A DNA stretch of 64,000 nt from Deltaproteobacteria bacterium (GTDB taxonomy: Bacteria; Myxococcota_A; UBA9160; SMWR01): positions 3,106 to 67,105 of the forward strand of contig JAQBGU010000232.1 of the NCBI GenBank assembly GCA_032128375.1, in the 5' to 3' direction. The notes beneath the pieces are model-generated. The model searched no databases, was not told the origin of the DNA, and worked only from the letters and a program-made list of their open reading frames with translations. This document shows, piece by piece, positions 59,290-64,000 of this stretch. Each line of letters begins with the position of its first letter. The first letter of the stretch is position 1. The translations under genes were made by a program, and so were the position numbers.

Positions 59290-60669
59290 CTACAGCGGTT
59301 GTGTCTCCGGGCTGGTCACCTCCCGTTCCACCAGCTTCCCATCCTTGAACCGCGACGTAACGTCGATGATTCCGTCGGCATCAGTGTCCTCTTCGCGCTT
59401 CGCGAGCTCGGACTTTCCGCTGGTAATGTCGAAGGTCTCGAAGATGTCCGCCGGTCCAGCGCCACGGCTGGAGCGTTCGATGCGTACCACAACCTCTTCG
59501 CCCCGCGAGATGTCGTATGTAGTCCAGGTGTCGGTTACGCCGTCGTGGTCTCGATCGACCTCGCTACTGGTACGAAACAGGTTCTTGTAGCGAATCAGTT
59601 GGTCGATGCGGCCGTCATTGTCACTGTCGTGGCGCTCTTCAGCCAGCGCGTCGCCGCGGTATTCGTAGAAGCTGTCGACGACGCCGTTGCGATTGCGATC
59701 GACGGTGCGTCCCGTCATGCGTGCGTCGCGATACTCCTCCCAGACGTCGACTTCGCCGTCGGCATCGGTGTCGCGCAAGCGTCGGGTCAGCTCTCCGTCT
59801 TCGTAACTCTGCCAGGTGTCGATCTGGCCATCGCCGTTGCTGTCCTCCTCGTAGCGAAGCAGCTTGTCGCCGCCTCGGACAAAAAACAGGATCCGTTCCG
59901 GCACGCCATCACCGTTGTCGTCTTGGAGGCCCCGGTCGACCTTCAGGGTCTCCGCGTTATCCCAACTTCCTGCGACAATCGTGACAGGTTCGAGTGTCAG
60001 GGAATCTCGAGAGGCGCTGTTCGCCGGCGCCCGCGGTGCGATTCGCGGGTTCGCGCGCTCGGCCAGTCTCTCTCCGGTAATCAGCGAATCGATCGATGCG
60101 GGGCCGGACGTGTCGGCGCCCATGCGATCCAGAGCTTCTTGTCGCCGCTGCAGTTCTTCTTCGATCTCCCGATCGAGCGCCCCGCCCTGGAGGTTCGGAC
60201 CTCCACGCGACCAGTGATCCGACGATTCCTCCTCCAGATCGAACGGCGTGTGGCCCGTGATCGCTGTGTAGATCAGAAGCGTCCCCGCACCGCTGGTCGG
60301 ATCCGGCTCGGGTAGCGTTCGCTGGCCTTCGGTCGGCCACGGGGGCTCGGGGACTTCGGTATCGGCGGTTTGTTCAGCGATCCGTTCGGAGAGGGGGCTA
60401 TCCGCGACGGCTTGGGTTCCCGGAAGGCTCGATGCCGGCGGGTTCGTAGTGGCGCACCCCCAGATCAGGGGCAGTGACAGCCCAATCCACAGCAACGTCG
60501 AGCCGAGATTCAGTTCGATCTTCGGTGCAGCGCCGCTCTGGGAGCCCACCCACGTTCGATTCACCGAGTCATTCACCTTGTTTTCGCCCAGCTCGAGCGC
60601 TCCGAAACGTCGACGGCCGAAGAATACCGTTTTCAGTCCTGCGTGGAACTGTGCGTTGGGTTGCAGCAT
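59290..60669 (-). CDS. lipoprotein with seven DxDxDG-type (EF-hand-like) repeats
   Basis: Lipobox LPLIWGC. Repeats are DDNGDGVPE, DSNGDGQID, DTDADGEVD, DRNRNGVVD, DSDNDGRID, DRDHDGVTD and DTDADGIID, each followed by an aromatic residue. The start is uncertain; ATG 60669 lies only 12 nt from the divergent gene. Confidence 0.55.
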   Translation of the reverse strand: MLQPNAQFHAGLKTVFFGRRRFGALELGENKVNDSVNRTWVGSQSGAAPKIELNLGSTLLWIGLSLPLIWGCATTNPPASSLPGTQAVADSPLSERIAEQTADTEVPEPPWPTEGQRTLPEPDPTSGAGTLLIYTAITGHTPFDLEEESSDHWSRGGPNLQGGALDREIEEELQRRQEALDRMGADTSGPASIDSLITGERLAERANPRIAPRAPANSASRDSLTLEPVTIVAGSWDNAETLKVDRGLQDDNGDGVPERILFFVRGGDKLLRYEEDSNGDGQIDTWQSYEDGELTRRLRDTDADGEVDVWEEYRDARMTGRTVDRNRNGVVDSFYEYRGDALAEERHDSDNDGRIDQLIRYKNLFRTSSEVDRDHDGVTDTWTTYDISRGEEVVVRIERSSRGAGPADIFETFDITSGKSELAKREEDTDADGIIDVTSRFKDGKLVEREVTSPETQPL

Positions 60670-60680
60670 CTTGGAACCGG

Positions 60681-61436
60681 ATGGGACACCTGAAGTTGTG
60701 CTCAATGATTGCCGTTTTTTCGCTGCTAGCCGCCGGCTGTGCGCTGCCCGATGCAGCGCGCCGCTCGTCCGAGCTCTTGAAGCGCGGTTGGGACATCGAT
60801 TCCAACGGCGCCAAGGTGATGCTGACCGGTCCCGTCTCGACTTTGCAGGCAGCCGCCGAAATAGCGGTGTACTCGGTCGTCCGCCACGATGGCCCGCCAC
60901 GCGAGCCCGAGGTCAAGTGGTTCCACTTCTACGACAGGCCGATGCGCGCGGCCGAAGAAATTGCAATCTTGTGTCACCTGAATTCAGCGACACACATCGT
61001 GACGATTCGCGGCGTGGGCCAGCCGTTCGCCGTCCCAGCACGCCATGAGCAATGGCATTTCCCTGAGTGCATCGAGGTCCTGGGAGGTGAGTACGAACTC
61101 ACGGTCGGGTACTACTCGCGCGAGACCGTCGAGAAAGCTCTCAAAGCCAAGACGATTACCACAGAATCGACCAAGCCCAGTACGGCCCATTGGGAGGCCA
61201 AACCTGGTTCGGTGTACGTGCTGGCTGCGGTGATCGGCAAGCCGGTCCGCGCTCCGGGTGAGGCGCCCGCCTATCGCGTTCGCCCCCGCTCCAAGGATCT
61301 GTGGACCTATGAATACAAGCTGGAAGTGAGCCACTGGAAGGCGGCCATCGTGCGGCTCGGGCCCGACGATCGGCTGCTGCAGAATATCGCAGGCAATAGA
61401 GACCAGTGGCGGCGCCACGAGCGCTCGCTGTACTGA
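60681..61436 (+). CDS. hypothetical lipoprotein
   Basis: MGHLKLCSMIAVFSLLAAGC (lipobox LAAGC). No recognised domain. Confidence 0.55.
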   Translation: MGHLKLCSMIAVFSLLAAGCALPDAARRSSELLKRGWDIDSNGAKVMLTGPVSTLQAAAEIAVYSVVRHDGPPREPEVKWFHFYDRPMRAAEEIAILCHLNSATHIVTIRGVGQPFAVPARHEQWHFPECIEVLGGEYELTVGYYSRETVEKALKAKTITTESTKPSTAHWEAKPGSVYVLAAVIGKPVRAPGEAPAYRVRPRSKDLWTYEYKLEVSHWKAAIVRLGPDDRLLQNIAGNRDQWRRHERSLY

Positions 61437-61500
61437 GCGACTTGCCTGCCGGCCAGCAGACCGACGAGCGGCGCACGCAATCGGGGAAAGGAGCCAGTCG

Positions 61501-62514
61501 ATGAAGCAGGGCCTTCGCACCGCGCTTTGTGATCTACTCGGCATTGAAGTGCCGATCGTGCAGGCGGGTATGGGGTACGTGGCTCGCGGCGAACTCGCAG
61601 CTGCCGTCTCGGAGGCTGGCGGGCTGGGCATGATCGGTGCCGCGTCGCTCAATGCGGCGGGATTGCGCGACGAGATTCGCAAGGTCAAAGACTTGACCGA
61701 TCGTCCGTTCGGCGTCGATATCCTGTTCGCGACAGTCGGGCGCCCTGCATCGGACGACGAAACAGTCGCGTTTACCCGCGATGTGCGAGAACAGATCGAT
61801 GTCGTGTTCGAACAGGGCGTCCCGGTGCTCGCCAGTGGGCTGGGCGACCCCGGCCCGGTCGTACCGATCGCTCACGAACAAGGCATGAAGGTGATGGCGC
61901 TGGTCGGCAACACGCGAAGCGCCGCACGCGTGGCGGCCAGCGGCGTGGACGTAATCGTCGCGCAGGGCTACGACGGAGGCGGCCACACCGGGCGTATCGG
62001 CACGCTGTCGCTGCTGCCCGCGGTGCTCGATACGGTCGACGTCCCAGTCGTCGCCGCCGGCGGTATCGGTGACGGCCGCGGGATCGCAGCAGTGCTCGCA
62101 ATGGGTGCAGTGGGTGTTTGGATGGGAACGCGCTTCGTAGCTTCCGAAGAGGCGTATGCGCATGAGAACTACAAGCAGCGCATCGTCGAAATCGACGATG
62201 AGGGCACTACCGTCACGCGCTGTTTCAGTGGAAAACCGTGCCGCGTGATCAAGAACGACACCACGCAGGCGTGGGAATCACGTGACCTACAGGACCAGAT
62301 TGCGCGGTTTCCACGCCAGATGTGGGTCATCAGTGAATGGCTCGGTGAAGATCCCTACATCGCTGCACGGCGCAAGGGAAGAATCGACAAGGGCGCCATG
62401 GCGGCCGGTCAGTCATCTGCGTTGATTCACGACTTGATGCCGGCAGCGAAGATTATCGCCCGGTTGATGGCCGAGACCGAGCGCGCGCTGACGGCAGTCG
62501 ACGCGCTGCGCTGA
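61501..62514 (+). CDS. nitronate monooxygenase / FabK-like FMN oxidoreductase (NMO family)
   Basis: LGIEVPIVQAGMGYVA...LAAAVSEAGGLGMIGA, VIVAQGYDGGGHTG and VPVVAAGGIGDGRG. Confidence 0.85.
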   Translation: MKQGLRTALCDLLGIEVPIVQAGMGYVARGELAAAVSEAGGLGMIGAASLNAAGLRDEIRKVKDLTDRPFGVDILFATVGRPASDDETVAFTRDVREQIDVVFEQGVPVLASGLGDPGPVVPIAHEQGMKVMALVGNTRSAARVAASGVDVIVAQGYDGGGHTGRIGTLSLLPAVLDTVDVPVVAAGGIGDGRGIAAVLAMGAVGVWMGTRFVASEEAYAHENYKQRIVEIDDEGTTVTRCFSGKPCRVIKNDTTQAWESRDLQDQIARFPRQMWVISEWLGEDPYIAARRKGRIDKGAMAAGQSSALIHDLMPAAKIIARLMAETERALTAVDALR

Positions 62515-62544
62515 AGCAGGGCGTCCAGGAGAATCGCAGCGCCG

Positions 62545-63390
62545 ATGACGATCAACTGGTTCCCCGGCCATATGAACAAGGCGCGCCGCGAGCTCGCCAA
62601 GGCGCTGACTCGTATCGATGTGGTAATCGAGGTGGTCGACGCGCGCTTGCCGCGCTCGAGCCAAAACCCGATGCTGGCCAAATTGCGCAGCGATAAACCG
62701 TGCATCAAGATCTTGAATCGCAGCGATCTTGCGGACCCGGATATCACGCGTGAATGGATGGGACAGTTCAGTGGCAGTGACGAATTTGTCGCGATCGCGC
62801 TCAACGCGAGACAGAGCGGAGCAGTGCGCGGAATTCCAAAGTTATGTCGCAGGCTCGCGCCCCATCGGGTTGCGCCGGGAAAGACGATTCGCACCATGGT
62901 GGTCGGAATTCCAAACGTCGGGAAATCGACGTTGATCAATACGCTGGTGGGTCGTCCCATCGAGGAAGTGGGCGATCGGCCCGCGGTGACCAAGGGGCAA
63001 CACAAGATTCATCTCGATGGCGGGATCAGCGTCGCGGATACGCCCGGTGTGCTATGGCCGAAGCTCGAGGACCAGTTGGGGGCACAGCGGCTGGCGGCCT
63101 CCGGTGCAATCAGAGACACCGCGTTCGACTATATGGAAATAGCGGCATTCGCGTCTCATTTCCTGCGCGATCGATACCCGGAAGTGTTGAGAGATAGATT
63201 CAAAATAGAGAATATCCCCACAGGCCAGTACGAGATACTCGAAGCCATCGGTCGGCGTCGCGGCTTTCTCAAGAGCGCTGGGATGGTCGACATCCAGCGA
63301 GCGGCCGAAACGCTGCTGCGCGAACTGCGTTCCGGAAAAATCGGTCGGATCAGCTTCGAACGCCCGGCCGATTTCCCGCCGACTCCCTAG
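62545..63390 (+). CDS. rbgA: ribosome biogenesis GTPase A (YlqF/RbgA), circularly permuted GTPase
   Basis: INWFPGHMNKARRE, EVVDARLPRSS, ILNRSDL (G4 before G1), VGIPNVGKSTLIN and DTPGVLWP. Confidence 0.9.
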   Translation: MTINWFPGHMNKARRELAKALTRIDVVIEVVDARLPRSSQNPMLAKLRSDKPCIKILNRSDLADPDITREWMGQFSGSDEFVAIALNARQSGAVRGIPKLCRRLAPHRVAPGKTIRTMVVGIPNVGKSTLINTLVGRPIEEVGDRPAVTKGQHKIHLDGGISVADTPGVLWPKLEDQLGAQRLAASGAIRDTAFDYMEIAAFASHFLRDRYPEVLRDRFKIENIPTGQYEILEAIGRRRGFLKSAGMVDIQRAAETLLRELRSGKIGRISFERPADFPPTP

Positions 63391-63391
63391 C

Positions 63392-64000
63392 ATGGGTTTC
63401 TATCTCAGCAAGCTCGCCACGCAGGTCATCTACCCGCTGCCGCTGTCGATCCTGTTGGCATTGGTCGCGCTGCTGCTGCTGTGGAGACAACACCAGCGAA
63501 CCGCCGGCGTGGTGCTGGCGACGTCGGTGGCGATCCTGTGGGCATCGTCGACCCAGGTCATCGCCCTCGCGCTGGGAAATTCCCTGGATCGACAGTATCC
63601 CCCGGTCCTGCCGGCAGACCTTCCGGAGGCCGGTGCGATCGTCGTCCTCGGGGGTGGCTTGCGCATGCCGGTGTCACCAGAGCTGTGGAGCGACCTCGGT
63701 TCGGGATCCGATCGCATGCTGCACGCGGCGCGGGTGTATCACGCTGGAAAGGCTCCCTTCGTCGTGGCCTCTGGAGGAGGCATGCCATGGGCACGCAGCC
63801 ATGACGTGGCGGCCAACGGCATGGCCGACCTGTTGGTGGAGTGGGGCGTACCTCGCAGCGCCATCCTCATCGAACCGGACAGCCGCACGACCTACGAGAA
63901 CGCGGTGCGCACGAAAGAGTTGCTCGATGCAAAGGGGATCGAAGACGTATTGCTCGTGACCAGTGCCATGCACATGCCCCGCGCATTGGCCGTCTTTCGC
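63392..64000 (+). CDS. DUF218 (YdcF/ElyC-like) membrane-anchored protein, partial at window end
   Basis: My own translation from ATG 63392: MGFYLSKLATQVIYPLPLSILLALVALLLLW...AIVVLGGGL...RMLHAARVYHAGKAPFVVASGG...TTYENAV...VLLVTSAMHMPRAL. These are DUF218 signatures. The frame is open to the end of the window. Confidence 0.7.
   Translation, partial: MGFYLSKLATQVIYPLPLSILLALVALLLLWRQHQRTAGVVLATSVAILWASSTQVIALALGNSLDRQYPPVLPADLPEAGAIVVLGGGLRMPVSPELWSDLGSGSDRMLHAARVYHAGKAPFVVASGGGMPWARSHDVAANGMADLLVEWGVPRSAILIEPDSRTTYENAVRTKELLDAKGIEDVLLVTSAMHMPRALAVFR

Overview
This is a GC-rich chromosomal window from a diderm (Gram-negative) bacterium. The evidence is lpxD, outer-membrane beta-barrels, several lipoboxes, four PEP-CTERM sorting signals and a sigma-54 activator. 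The taxon cannot be assigned from the sequence alone. All calls rest on reading the supplied translations and the DNA by eye; no HMM or BLAST was run. I call about 57 protein genes, one probable gene remnant and one recoded (UGA) gene. I recognised no rRNA, tRNA, CRISPR, IS or phage genes.

Layout:
- (i) 0.5-19.7 kb is an envelope/glycan module. It holds a translationally coupled operon: CheY-like REC, HisKA_2 sensor kinase, REC-PAS-glycosyltransferase fusion, two GT4 enzymes and two APH-fold kinases. Next come an outer-membrane barrel, a PEP-CTERM/LTD-like protein, a Thr-type sulfatase-like enzyme, a lipoprotein, an NtrC-family sigma-54 activator and a small PEP-CTERM protein.
- (ii) 19.8-37.7 kb is mostly housekeeping: greB, acyl-CoA dehydrogenase, UbiB/ABC1 kinase, CBS, Usp, lpxD, rnhB, truD, cysK, gamma-CA-like, TetR, ACP, polA and an ECF sigma/anti-sigma pair.
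- (iii) 37.9-64 kb holds envelope and miscellaneous genes: a GT-C-like membrane protein, a PEP-CTERM protein, ABC-F, TetR plus crotonase, a second Thr-type sulfatase-like lipoprotein, a DUF455/ATP-grasp-like/TPR operon, an acyltransferase, a haem-motif beta-propeller PEP-CTERM protein, a TMTC-like TPR membrane protein, an AhpD/CMD-like gene, HtrA, lipoproteins, NMO, rbgA and a DUF218 gene.

Most interesting observations:
- Four sigma-54 -24/-12 matches point into gene starts in block (i). Together with the activator they suggest one regulon around an unusual phosphorelay-gated glycosyltransferase/kinase operon with no recognisable polymer-export genes.
- A DUF5666-like module is shared by the kinase sensor domain and the sulfatase-like enzyme.
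- An AhpD/CMD-family gene is split by an in-frame TGA exactly at the second Cys of its CxxC motif, with a hairpin 11 nt downstream. This is a likely selenoprotein.
- At least nine short tandem-repeat loci (9-45 bp periods) sit at gene termini or in intergenic regions.
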